From contig JAFRVI010000004.1 in NCBI GenBank assembly GCA_017438525.1, positions 15,281-79,280 of the forward strand: a DNA stretch of 64,000 bases, given 5' to 3'. Both the position numbers and the translations under genes were made by a program. The notes beneath the pieces were generated by a model. That model was given only the letters and a program-made list of their open reading frames with translations, searched no databases and was not told the DNA's origin. Within the stretch, counting starts at the first letter, position 1; every line of letters begins with the position of its first letter. This document shows, piece after piece, positions 19,474-28,271 of this stretch. This stretch comes from Clostridia bacterium. GTDB taxonomy: Bacteria; Bacillota; Clostridia; Oscillospirales; RGIG8002.

Positions 19474-21095
19474 GTCCGCTTCCTTCCGTTTATTTCGCAG
19501 AGTTTCACGACGTCGTCCGCGGTCACTGCGCGGTCGTAATGGCCGCGGCTCATTCTGCTTGCGGCGGTCGTATAGAAGTTGTTTTCCGAGAAGAAGGTTT
19601 CGGGCTCTTCGACCGCGGCGACGGCGCCGTTGAAAAACAGCGCGCATCTGTCCGCGCAGGAGGCGGCGAATTCGACGTCGTGCGTAACGAGCAGCGTGGT
19701 CACGCCGTCGGCTTTGAGCTTGCGGAGTATTTCGATTACGCGCCTTTTCGCCGCGGCGTCGACGCCCTTTGTCGGCTCGTCGAGGAGAAGCAGACGCGGC
19801 TTGAGAAGAAGCATTTTCGCGAGTGCGCAGAGCTGCTGTTCGCCGCCGCTCAGGTCGTAAGGATGCTTATCCAGATAAGGCGTCACTTCGAATGGGAGGG
19901 AAGAGAGGTCTTCGCTTATTTCCGCGAGGTCTTCGCGTACCGTTTCGCGCAGGAAGACCGTCTGCACGTCCTGCGGCAGCATCGCGACGCAGTTTTTGTA
20001 TAGCTCTCCGCTTTTATAGGCGTAAATCTTTTTGCCGAAAACCTCGACTTTGCCGGAGTACGCTTTAAGCAGTCCCGCCGCGACGGAGAGCGCAGTTGTT
20101 TTGCCTGAGGCGTTGTCGCCGAGGAGGCAGAATATTTCGCCTTCTTTCACGGAAAGATTGAGATCGCAGAGCACGTCGGGAAGCTCTCTTCCGTAGCGGA
20201 AGAAGACGCGTGAAAACCGCAGCGCTTCTTTGCCTGACGTACGCTCCGGCGCGGGCAGTTCTTTGGTTTCGTTGCCGTATTTTTCTATAAAAGCGCGGCC
20301 TTCCTTGACGGTCAGCGGGTATTCGCAGTCCGCATCGAGCGCCTTGCAGACGCGCACCGCGCAGGGCATCGCGGCTTCCATTAAGTCGTTTTTGTCCATT
20401 CCCGCGGCGACGGCGCGCGGCTCGCCGTACGCGATAAGCTTGCCGTCTTTAAGCTGGATGGCTTTGTCTGCTGTGAGGAAGAGATCTTCGAGGCGGTGCT
20501 CGGAAATGATTATCGTCAAAGAAAGCTCGCGGTTGAGCTTAGCGAGAGTCGCTATGAATTCAGAAGCCGCGATCGGATCGAGCTGGCTCGTCGGTTCGTC
20601 GAGAAGCAGGAGCTTCGGCTGCGTTACCATAACGGAAGCGAGGTTGAGAAGCTGCTTCTGGCCTCCGGAAAGCTCGGAAACGTCGCGCAGGAACCAGTTG
20701 CCGATGCCGAAGTAGCTCGCCATTTCGCTGATGCGGCGGTTTATCGCGCTTTTTGAAGAGCCCGCGCTTTCAAGTCCGAACGCAAGCTCATGCCAGACCT
20801 TGTCGGTGACAATCTGATTCTCCGGCTTCTGCATAACGAAGCCGATTTCGGTCGCGGCGGTTTTTGCGTCAAGGTCGGACAGTTCGGCGCCCTTGTAAAG
20901 AATGCTGCCGGACTTTTCGCCGGCAGGGGAAAGCTCGCGCTTCAGCATGCGCAGAAGCGTGGTTTTGCCGCAGCCGGTCTCCCCGAAAAGTACGATGAAA
21001 TCTCCTTCATTCACGCTGAACGAAACGTCGTTTAACGCCTCGCGGTCGCATTTCGGATATTCGAATGTCAGATTCTTGACGTTAAGTATCTCCAT
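19470..21095 (-). CDS. ECF transporter fused A-A ATPase
   Basis: Two NBDs: GETGCGKTT/LSGGQKQ/LLLDEP and GDNASGKTT/LSGGEQQ/LLLDEP; Q-loop FVMQKPENQIV; start ATG 21095. Confidence 0.93.
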   Translation of the reverse strand: MEILNVKNLTFEYPKCDREALNDVSFSVNEGDFIVLFGETGCGKTTLLRMLKRELSPAGEKSGSILYKGAELSDLDAKTAATEIGFVMQKPENQIVTDKVWHELAFGLESAGSSKSAINRRISEMASYFGIGNWFLRDVSELSGGQKQLLNLASVMVTQPKLLLLDEPTSQLDPIAASEFIATLAKLNRELSLTIIISEHRLEDLFLTADKAIQLKDGKLIAYGEPRAVAAGMDKNDLMEAAMPCAVRVCKALDADCEYPLTVKEGRAFIEKYGNETKELPAPERTSGKEALRFSRVFFRYGRELPDVLCDLNLSVKEGEIFCLLGDNASGKTTALSVAAGLLKAYSGKVEVFGKKIYAYKSGELYKNCVAMLPQDVQTVFLRETVREDLAEISEDLSSLPFEVTPYLDKHPYDLSGGEQQLCALAKMLLLKPRLLLLDEPTKGVDAAAKRRVIEILRKLKADGVTTLLVTHDVEFAASCADRCALFFNGAVAAVEEPETFFSENNFYTTAASRMSRGHYDRAVTADDVVKLCEINGRKRT

Positions 21096-21946
21096 TTGAG
21101 TATCTCCGTTATCTCCAGGACCGCGGGCAGAAGCGCCAGCGTCCCGTAGGAAATGTAGCATGCGACTATCAGCGCCGTCGTTTCGGGGAGCGCGACGGTC
21201 GGATAGAATTGCATTGACAGTCCGCCGACTGCGGCGAAGGTTATCGCCGAAGCGGCGAGGAGTACGGTTATGATCGTGAAAACGATATCCGAAGCGTGAT
21301 ACTTATAAAGCGAAAAAGCCGTTCTGTGCTTCAATCCGTAGCCGCGCGCCTTCATCGAGTCAGCGGTGTCGATCGAGTTTTCGAGCGACCAGGTGGTGAG
21401 TATCGAAAACACGCGTGCGGAGCCCTTCAGCTTGTCCGTGATATTATCGGCGGTATAAAGTCCCATCGCCGTCTGCGTCGCTCTGATCTTTTCATGCTGT
21501 TTTTTGAAAAGCGGGATATACCGCAGCGCCGCGCAAAGTATGACGGAGGTTTTCGGGAGAACGCTTCCGACCAGATAAAGCAGCTTTTCGCCGGTCATTA
21601 CCGCGGAAAACGAGCGGAACCAGATCAGTATTCCGATTATCATTACCGCCGAGACCGCGCCGTAGATTATCGCTTCAAGCGTTACCGGCTTGTTGTTGAT
21701 AAAAAACAGCTCGGTATCTCCGTTGTGGGAAATAAGCGGGTTTATAACGGTTATGCCGAGAAACAGCAGGGAATAGAGCAGTATTCCGCTTTTTTCTCCG
21801 CTTTTTCTGACGCACAGGAGGCAAAGCGTTGCCCCGAGCAGAGAAAGAGCGAGTATAACCGGGTCGAGCACGAACATCGGCAGCAGTATTACAGTCAGAA
21901 AGTATATGAAAAGAGCCGTCGGGTGAAGGCGTTTGATATCGGTCAT
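21068..21946 (-). CDS. ECF transporter T component (EcfT/CbiQ family)
   Basis: LHPTALFIYF start, ALRYIP, WSLENSIDTADSMKARGYG with conserved A-R-G coupling motif. Confidence 0.93.
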   Translation of the reverse strand: MTDIKRLHPTALFIYFLTVILLPMFVLDPVILALSLLGATLCLLCVRKSGEKSGILLYSLLFLGITVINPLISHNGDTELFFINNKPVTLEAIIYGAVSAVMIIGILIWFRSFSAVMTGEKLLYLVGSVLPKTSVILCAALRYIPLFKKQHEKIRATQTAMGLYTADNITDKLKGSARVFSILTTWSLENSIDTADSMKARGYGLKHRTAFSLYKYHASDIVFTIITVLLAASAITFAAVGGLSMQFYPTVALPETTALIVACYISYGTLALLPAVLEITEILKWRYLTSRI

Positions 21947-23724
21947 CCGTTTTCAGCGTCCTTTCCGAGATCGAGGGTGTAAACCCATTCGATAACGTCG
22001 CCGTCCTTGATGTCGTAGCTGCCGCAACCGACGTCCGGAGTGTAATTGTTCACGCGGTATATCCATCCGGACAAAGCGCCGTACTGCATCTCCGAGAAAC
22101 CTGCGATTGAGCTTACGTATACGCTCAGAACCCCTCCGGCGTTGCCCGTGTAATTGATTTTAATCTGATTTGCGCGGGTTACCGCGAGCAGCGCGTCGAA
22201 CACCGTGTCGCCTTCATTGATAACGTATTTAGTCGGCTTGAGGATGTATCCGTCCTCGGGTATGTTCTCTTCAACGCCCTCGAGTATGCGGCAGCTGATG
22301 CTGATAGTGACGGTATTGTCACCTTCACCGGCGCTGCTCAAGTTGACGGAATAGTAATCTTTGACGGAGGTGAAGTTAAGAAGCAGAACGCCGCAGATGA
22401 GCAGGATCGCGACTACGGCGATAGGTATGACATTCTTTAGCGACGCTTTTTTCTTGATCGCAAGAATCACGCAGACGGCCGCGAACAGAAGCCCTATCGC
22501 ACCGCAAACGTAGAACTTATACGCCGACTTATTTGACGGCGCGGCCGTTTCCGAGCCGGATGACATCTCTGAAGCGCTGTCAATAGAAGAGGATAGCGAA
22601 GATACTCCGGCGCCGTCTTCTGAAGATGCGCTCGACGACTCGTCTGATGAAGCGTCGGACGATGATGAGTCGGGGGTCTCGGTATTTTCGGAGCTGCCGA
22701 GTGTTTCGCCCGAAGAACTGTCTGCCGGATCATCGGGAGTCACGACGGGCGGCTCGGGGTCCGGTTTCACGGGCTTTTTGAAAGAAAAGTAAGGCGATTT
22801 GCCGGTCGAAAAGCGTTCAGCGGCGACAAGCGCGCGCGCCGCCTGCTCGGTTGCGATCGCGTTGCGCCCCGTACCTGTTGTGTGGCAATATGATCCGTCG
22901 CTGAGCTGATAGCGCCTGAGTCCGTCGTATACGGTGTTTCCGTTCTTGATAAATGCGGTATTCTTCGCGGGATCGATGCCGAGCGCAGTAAGCGCTACGA
23001 TCACTTGCGCAGTGCTTTCGCAGGTGGGCATGGGCGGTCTTCCCATACCCATCATACTCTTGAAGTCGCCGTCGTCCGTCTGCTTTTCGGAAAGCATCGA
23101 GAGCGCTCTGTCGATCGCGGACGCTACGTCGGTTCTTGCTTTATACGGCGCAAGCGCCTGAAGAGCCATAGAAGTAACGTCGACGTCGGAAACCGCGCCG
23201 AAAAGCGACCAACCGTTATCTTGAAGCTGGCTGTCAAGGATAGCTTTTATCAGCGTGTTCCTGTCGTTTCGTGCGCTGTCGTAACCGCCGCAGTCGAGGA
23301 GGATAAGTCCGAAAATAATTCCGTTTATTCCTGTCGCGGAAAAATCTGCTTCAAGCGTTGAGTTCACAAATTCATTGCTGACTCCGGCAGCGGTATATGC
23401 AATGGCAACACGTTCTTTTTCGGTGTTGTTTTTTGGCTCGTTCGCGACAAGGTATTCATCAAGCGCGGCTATGTATTTGTCTCCGTTGAGAGACGCGTCG
23501 TGACGCATCAAATCGATAAAGAGCCAGTCGCCGTAACTGCTTCCGGCTTCTTTAACAAGTGTGTTGTCGATAAATCCCTGCAGCGTGCCGCCTTCGCTCG
23601 CAAACAGAGAAAACAGTTTTGAAGATTGAGACGCATAAGCGCTTGCAGGTAAGGCGATGCCTGCCGCGATAACGAGTATCAGCAGCAGGCATATTATTGA
23701 TTTGAATTTGAAAAGCTTTTTCAA
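21943..23724 (-). CDS. Membrane-anchored transcobalamin-like protein: prenyltransferase/squalene-oxidase-repeat barrel + Ser-rich linker + TM hairpin + DUF4430
   Basis: Signal peptide; QW-like repeats (LDSQLQDNGW, DVDVTSMALQALAP, EKQTDDGDF, ESTAQVIVALTALGID, YQLSDGSY); C-terminal YVSSIAGFSEMQYGALSGWIYRVNNYTPDVGCGSYDIKDGDVIEWVYT; TTG start. Confidence 0.8.
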   Translation of the reverse strand: MKKLFKFKSIICLLLILVIAAGIALPASAYASQSSKLFSLFASEGGTLQGFIDNTLVKEAGSSYGDWLFIDLMRHDASLNGDKYIAALDEYLVANEPKNNTEKERVAIAYTAAGVSNEFVNSTLEADFSATGINGIIFGLILLDCGGYDSARNDRNTLIKAILDSQLQDNGWSLFGAVSDVDVTSMALQALAPYKARTDVASAIDRALSMLSEKQTDDGDFKSMMGMGRPPMPTCESTAQVIVALTALGIDPAKNTAFIKNGNTVYDGLRRYQLSDGSYCHTTGTGRNAIATEQAARALVAAERFSTGKSPYFSFKKPVKPDPEPPVVTPDDPADSSSGETLGSSENTETPDSSSSDASSDESSSASSEDGAGVSSLSSSIDSASEMSSGSETAAPSNKSAYKFYVCGAIGLLFAAVCVILAIKKKASLKNVIPIAVVAILLICGVLLLNFTSVKDYYSVNLSSAGEGDNTVTISISCRILEGVEENIPEDGYILKPTKYVINEGDTVFDALLAVTRANQIKINYTGNAGGVLSVYVSSIAGFSEMQYGALSGWIYRVNNYTPDVGCGSYDIKDGDVIEWVYTLDLGKDAENG

Positions 23725-23754
23725 GGTCCTTACCTCAAGTTGTAATTGTTCGTA

Positions 23755-25302
23755 TTACGCAAGTTTAGCGGCAATGCGAAGAACGGCGAGAGCATCTGAA
23801 ACCGTGATCTCTCCGTCTTTGTCCATGTCGCAGATAGCGATAACATCATAGGTTGCGGGGGCGAGCTTAGCGGCAATGCGAAGAACGGCGAGAGCGTCGG
23901 AGACCGTGATCTCTCCGTCGTCGTCCATATCACCGGGGATCCTCGTGATCTTCGGAATGTCAACGGTGAAATCCGGAGCGAAACGCAGTACGAGCGGCAG
24001 TCCGTTTTCCGCCTTCTTTTCTATTTGTATCGCGTGAACACCTTCGGACAAGAGATCGCGCTGAACCGTGATCTTGCCTTCATCGTCGGTAACGTACTCG
24101 GTGCCTTCGAAGTAGACTGTCGCTCCCGCGACGGGGTTTACTGTCACGACGGGGGTATAGTCCAAGTCGTAAGACGTATCGGCGCTGGTGAATTTGATTA
24201 CGCGCTTATTTATTTCGGAAAGGTCAACTTCCGGATACTGCATGCCGACTCCGTAGGGATCGCCGTAGTAGAAAAGGACTGAGTCTCCGTCTGCGAGATT
24301 GACGCCGTTTATTCCGGTTGCGGCTTCGATTCCGTTGACGGTGAACAGCCAGCCGTCCCAGCCGCCGAAGGCGCCCGCGGCGTCGCCGTTTATGCTTGTA
24401 ATGTAAGGAGATGCCCCTTCGGCTCCGACTACGGTCAGGTTTTCATTCTGTTCATCTGCATAGATGATCATATCCTGAACAGTGAGACTTTCGGACGTGT
24501 ATGGAACCGTGACGTCGTCATAGAAAAGGTTTTCGTTTATGCCTTCGATGCGAAGCTTAACGGTCATCGTTTTGGGCTTCTCTGGTACGGTAACTTTATA
24601 GTCGGGAGCGAGGCGCAGGACGAGCGGAACGCCCTTGTCGCCCTTTTTATCGATCGAAAGAGAATGATCGCCGGCGGTAAGATACTGCTCCTCTATGGTG
24701 ATCTTTCCGTCTTTGTCGGTAATATAGGTCACGGGCGTTTCGCCGCCGAAGACGACCGTCATGTCGGCGCCGGGATTTTCGGTAACGGTGGGGTTATACT
24801 GTTCGTCGTATGTGGTGTCCATGCTCGTGAAGCGTATAACTCCGTTTGCGATATCTGAAACGTCGGGAACAGGGTACTGCATACCGACTCCGTAGGGGTC
24901 GCCGTAGTAGAAAACGACGCTGTCGCCTTCTTTCAGATTATAAGCGTTGACACCGACGGGCGGCTCCTCGCCGTTAACGGTGTAGAGCCATCCGGAATAC
25001 CCGCCCATCGAGCCGGCAACGTCGCCGTTTATGTCGGTGATATAGGGCGATGAACCGGTCGCGCCGACGACGGTTATAGCGTCGCTGTTATTGTCAGCGT
25101 AGATGATCAGGTCCTGTACGGTTAGGTTCGCCGATGAATACTGGATCGTCAGCGTGTCGTAATAGTAGTTCTGTGCGATTCCTTCGATACGAAGGGTAAC
25201 GGTCATCTGGTGCTGAGCCCCGGCGAATACCGCCATCGGCAGCGCAGCGGTCGCTATGGTAAGAACAAGCAGCAGCGCCAGGATCTTTTTGATGTTTCTC
25301 AT
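23755..25302 (-). CDS. Secreted tandem (DUF4430 + Ig-like)x2 protein with C-terminal type I dockerin; putative cobalamin-binding protein
   Basis: Signal peptide MRNIKKILALLLV (GGAGG RBS before ATG 25302); two 213-aa repeats each with YIT.ING...GWL.TVNG...G.....L..GDSV.FYY; two Ca-binding repeats GDMDDDGEITVSDALAVLRIAAKLA. Confidence 0.8.
   Translation of the reverse strand: MRNIKKILALLLVLTIATAALPMAVFAGAQHQMTVTLRIEGIAQNYYYDTLTIQYSSANLTVQDLIIYADNNSDAITVVGATGSSPYITDINGDVAGSMGGYSGWLYTVNGEEPPVGVNAYNLKEGDSVVFYYGDPYGVGMQYPVPDVSDIANGVIRFTSMDTTYDEQYNPTVTENPGADMTVVFGGETPVTYITDKDGKITIEEQYLTAGDHSLSIDKKGDKGVPLVLRLAPDYKVTVPEKPKTMTVKLRIEGINENLFYDDVTVPYTSESLTVQDMIIYADEQNENLTVVGAEGASPYITSINGDAAGAFGGWDGWLFTVNGIEAATGINGVNLADGDSVLFYYGDPYGVGMQYPEVDLSEINKRVIKFTSADTSYDLDYTPVVTVNPVAGATVYFEGTEYVTDDEGKITVQRDLLSEGVHAIQIEKKAENGLPLVLRFAPDFTVDIPKITRIPGDMDDDGEITVSDALAVLRIAAKLAPATYDVIAICDMDKDGEITVSDALAVLRIAAKLA
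23945..25206 (-). repeat. Internal tandem duplication, period 639 nt (213 aa)
   Basis: MTVTLRIEG at 25206 and MTVKLRIEG at 24567; shared FYYGDPYGVGMQYP and PLVLR.APD motifs. Confidence 0.9.
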
Positions 25303-25317
25303 TGTTTTTACCTCCAT

Positions 25318-25352
25318 AAAAAATACCTTTCCCGCTATTCAGGCAGAAAAGG
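25318..25352 (-). terminator. Attenuator hairpin in riboswitch expression platform
   Basis: CCTTTTCTGC-CTGAATA-GCGGGAAAGG followed by TATTTTTT just before the RBS. Confidence 0.6.
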
Positions 25353-25439
25353 CGCGTAACAAAACAAGGCCGATTGAATCGGCGTGCGTTCGCGCTTTTC
25401 GCTGCCCAAAAGCGTTCTCCGATCAAACGGAGCCGAACT

Positions 25440-25535
25440 CTCTTCCGGTAGGCGACCCGACTTGTGACGCTTTCGTCAGATACGGTAATGGCTGTTGCGT
25501 CGGATTCTCACCGCGCTTCTCCCGGGCCGGAAGAG
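25440..25535 (-). ncRNA. Cobalamin riboswitch, short (class II-like) form
   Basis: Minus strand: CTCTTCCGG...GGGAGAAGCGCGGTGAGAATCCGACGCAACAGCCATTACCGTA...AAGTCGGGTCGCCTA-CCGGAAGAG; 9-bp closing stem, GGTG-x-AATCC T-loop, B12-box-like 3' element; upstream of B12-type ECF genes. Confidence 0.85.
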
Positions 25536-25553
25536 TATTCAGTTTATGATTGC

Positions 25554-25562
25554 ATTATAGCA
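25554..25562 (-). promoter_or_regulatory. Extended -10 promoter for the cobalamin operon
   Basis: TGCTATAAT about 20 nt upstream of the aptamer; no well-spaced -35. Confidence 0.6.
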
Positions 25563-25610
25563 ATGCTAAATGTGTAAATATATGACAATTATACAACTTT
25601 ATATAAAAAT

Positions 25611-26435
25611 CTACTCATTTTGATAGGAGCGCCCGATGCGTTGTCCCATTACGACAGGGATCTCTTCTCCGGAATCGAGCTTGAACGCCTCGTCGACGGA
25701 AGCCCGTCCTTTTTCGATAAGGAGGATCACGGTACTGCCTCCGTAAAGGAATCGGCCTTTTTCTTCGCCGCGCGCGAACTTGTGGACGCCATGATAATTG
25801 TCTATCTTTCCGACAAGCATTGCGCCGACCTCTATCTGTACGGCGTCTCCGAAGTTGTCGGTGTGCATCAAAGTGTATTCGCGGCAGTTCTCGACAAACA
25901 CCGGCAGCGCTTCGAGCGCGGTAGGTCTGACGGTGTGGAGGAATCCCGGTATAAAGACGTTATCCTCTTTTTTGCCGCCGTCGAAATAACAGTAGCGGTG
26001 ATAGTTGTCAACACATAGCCGGAATATAAGGCACAGCCCGTCCTCAAACCTCTCGGCAAGCTTTTCGTCGCGGAGCAGAGAGGCGATCGTATATTTGCTT
26101 TGCTTGACCGGAAGTACGGTATCTCCGCTTATGCTGTACGCCGTCAGCAGTCCGTCGCAGGGGGAAATCAGCGCGGACGCTTCTGCGTCAATCGGACGGT
26201 ACCCTTCGCGTATCTGTCTGCAGAAACAGTCGTTGAAGCATTTGAAATCATCAGCGTAGTACTGCGACAGGTCTATGTTGTTCTTCTTGACGAACTTTTT
26301 TATTAAATGCTTGGAGAGACGTGAATCAAGATATTTTCCGCATAGACGCGAAAGCCATCTGCGTTTGATGATTTTCAAGCACAGACGGCCGAAGGCGTTA
26401 TTGTAAAGGAATATTACGGATTTGCTTTCGCTCAT
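25611..26435 (-). CDS. psd: Phosphatidylserine decarboxylase proenzyme
   Basis: FNDCFCRQ, ISPCDG, RLCVDNYHRY, EVGAMLVGKI, YGGSTV self-cleavage motif. Confidence 0.95.
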   Translation of the reverse strand: MSESKSVIFLYNNAFGRLCLKIIKRRWLSRLCGKYLDSRLSKHLIKKFVKKNNIDLSQYYADDFKCFNDCFCRQIREGYRPIDAEASALISPCDGLLTAYSISGDTVLPVKQSKYTIASLLRDEKLAERFEDGLCLIFRLCVDNYHRYCYFDGGKKEDNVFIPGFLHTVRPTALEALPVFVENCREYTLMHTDNFGDAVQIEVGAMLVGKIDNYHGVHKFARGEEKGRFLYGGSTVILLIEKGRASVDEAFKLDSGEEIPVVMGQRIGRSYQNE

Positions 26436-26449
26436 GACGGCTCACTTTC

Positions 26450-27196
26450 TTAATTGAAGATAAGCAGTATAGATATCGCGATAAACTCTATGGCGCCGAT
26501 GGCGACCATTATTAAGACCTGTTTCATCGTCGGCTTCTTGAAACTGAACTTTGCGAGAAAGAGATACCCTGTAATCAGCATGGTTACGAAATACAGGGGA
26601 GTCAGATCAACGCCGAGCGTGAGGTCGAAGATGTAGCGCAGAAGGAGAACGGTAGGGAAGATGAGCGCCGACGAAGTTACGGGAAGTCCGGTATAGGTCG
26701 TCGGTGAATCGGGCGCGGTCTGCATACGTTCGTCCTCTTTAACATTGAAATACGCGAGACGAATCAAGGCGGCAAGTGAGAATAGTACGAGCAGGGCCAT
26801 TATCAGTATCTTAAGCACTATGAAGTACCATTCCGTGTCGCCGAAAAGCTCTTTGAAAATTGCCGGCGGAACGACGGAGGAAGCCAGCGGGTATATCTTT
26901 GAGAAAAGCGGTGAGGTGTTCAGCGCAGCGTAGCCGATGCATGCGGGAAGCACGCCGAATGCAACGACATCGGAAAGGGAATCGATCTGGATCCCGAATT
27001 TGCGTCCGTTGTCGGTTCGGTCTTTTTTCGTTCTGGCGACCTTTCCGTCAAACGCGTCACAGAGACCGCAGAAGAGGAGAAAAAACGCGCCTATGTAGGG
27101 GTGTCCGTTCCCCGTAAGCGAAATGATCGAGCCGAGGGTAGCGGACGCCAAAGAAAGATACGTCAGTATAACCGTATAATCATATATTCCTATCAT
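26450..27196 (-). CDS. pssA: CDP-diacylglycerol--serine O-phosphatidyltransferase (CDP-alcohol phosphotransferase)
   Basis: DAFDGKVAR...FGIQIDSLSDVVAFG motif, RLAYFN, GLP; start ATG 27196; adjacent to psd. Confidence 0.88.
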   Translation of the reverse strand: MIGIYDYTVILTYLSLASATLGSIISLTGNGHPYIGAFFLLFCGLCDAFDGKVARTKKDRTDNGRKFGIQIDSLSDVVAFGVLPACIGYAALNTSPLFSKIYPLASSVVPPAIFKELFGDTEWYFIVLKILIMALLVLFSLAALIRLAYFNVKEDERMQTAPDSPTTYTGLPVTSSALIFPTVLLLRYIFDLTLGVDLTPLYFVTMLITGYLFLAKFSFKKPTMKQVLIMVAIGAIEFIAISILLIFN

Positions 27197-28271
27197 TGTT
27201 CTTTCTCCCCTTGAAGTAGATGTAAAGCATAAACATTCCGCATACAAATACACAGATGTAGAACGAAAGCGTGCGGCTCAAAAGCTCGAGCGTACCGGGC
27301 TGAACCGGTGACTTTACGATCAGACTGCTGAAGCCGTCTATCATAAGATAGTCGGTTACTCCTATTGAGCCGGGTATCGGAACGAAAGTGGAACCTAACA
27401 GTACATAGATCTGCATTACGAAGATGTTGAATATTTCGGCTCCGCGCCCGCCGAGCGCAATAAACGTGAACATCGTTACCGAAATGACGGATGCGCGCTG
27501 AAGAATGTTTATACCAAGCACTTTCGCCATCATTGAGCGTTTGCCGTGGAGGTATTCGGCGTATTTGTCATATTCCGCCATTTTGTCGCTGAATGTGTTT
27601 TGCAGCTTGTCTTCGTCCCGTATGATGCGGAGTTTCGCGGTAAAGTGTATCAGGCGCCTGCCGATGCTGTGGAGAAGTTTCTTGTTTTTTATAAGTATCA
27701 GCACGAGCAGCGCGAGGGTGAACTGTATAACGGTTCCTACTATTATCATAACGCGCGATACGACGCTGAACTTGAGGAACAGCGACGGCCTCGCGATAAA
27801 CGCGAAAATGCCGAGTACGGCGATCGAAAGTGTATACATCAGCAGATTGACGAGAAGCGCAATCGCCGCGAATACACCCGGGATGCCGTCCTTGATCATT
27901 ACATACGCCTGGGCGGGCTGACCGCCGGTCGCCGAAGGAGTAATCGAAGAAAAGTAGAATCCGGTCGAGGAATAGAGCAGACCGCTTTTCAGGCGTCTTC
28001 CGTATCCGAATGAACGGCAGATATACATCAGCGAAAGCGCTTCGAACAGGATGTATCCGAATGTGCCGCAGATCGCGGCGATGATCCACGGAGGAGAAGC
28101 GGTGCTGACGCTCTTGAAGAATTCGCTGAAGTGGAAGTTGCGGTTGAAAGACGTCACCGCCACGACGCTGAGAACTGCGATAACTATAAAGAGGATAGAC
28201 CACAGAACGCGATGAGAGCCGTGCTTTTGTTTGACGTCGTTCTCGCTTTCGTTTATCGGGCTATTGCTCAA
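27180..28271 (-). CDS. Lysylphosphatidylglycerol-synthase TM region / flippase-like membrane protein (UPF0104)
   Basis: FSSITPSATGGQP, VPIPGSIGVTD, RTLSFY motifs; about 8 TM; probable TTG start at 28271 after GAAAGGA. Confidence 0.85.
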   Translation of the reverse strand: MSNSPINESENDVKQKHGSHRVLWSILFIVIAVLSVVAVTSFNRNFHFSEFFKSVSTASPPWIIAAICGTFGYILFEALSLMYICRSFGYGRRLKSGLLYSSTGFYFSSITPSATGGQPAQAYVMIKDGIPGVFAAIALLVNLLMYTLSIAVLGIFAFIARPSLFLKFSVVSRVMIIVGTVIQFTLALLVLILIKNKKLLHSIGRRLIHFTAKLRIIRDEDKLQNTFSDKMAEYDKYAEYLHGKRSMMAKVLGINILQRASVISVTMFTFIALGGRGAEIFNIFVMQIYVLLGSTFVPIPGSIGVTDYLMIDGFSSLIVKSPVQPGTLELLSRTLSFYICVFVCGMFMLYIYFKGRKNNDRNI

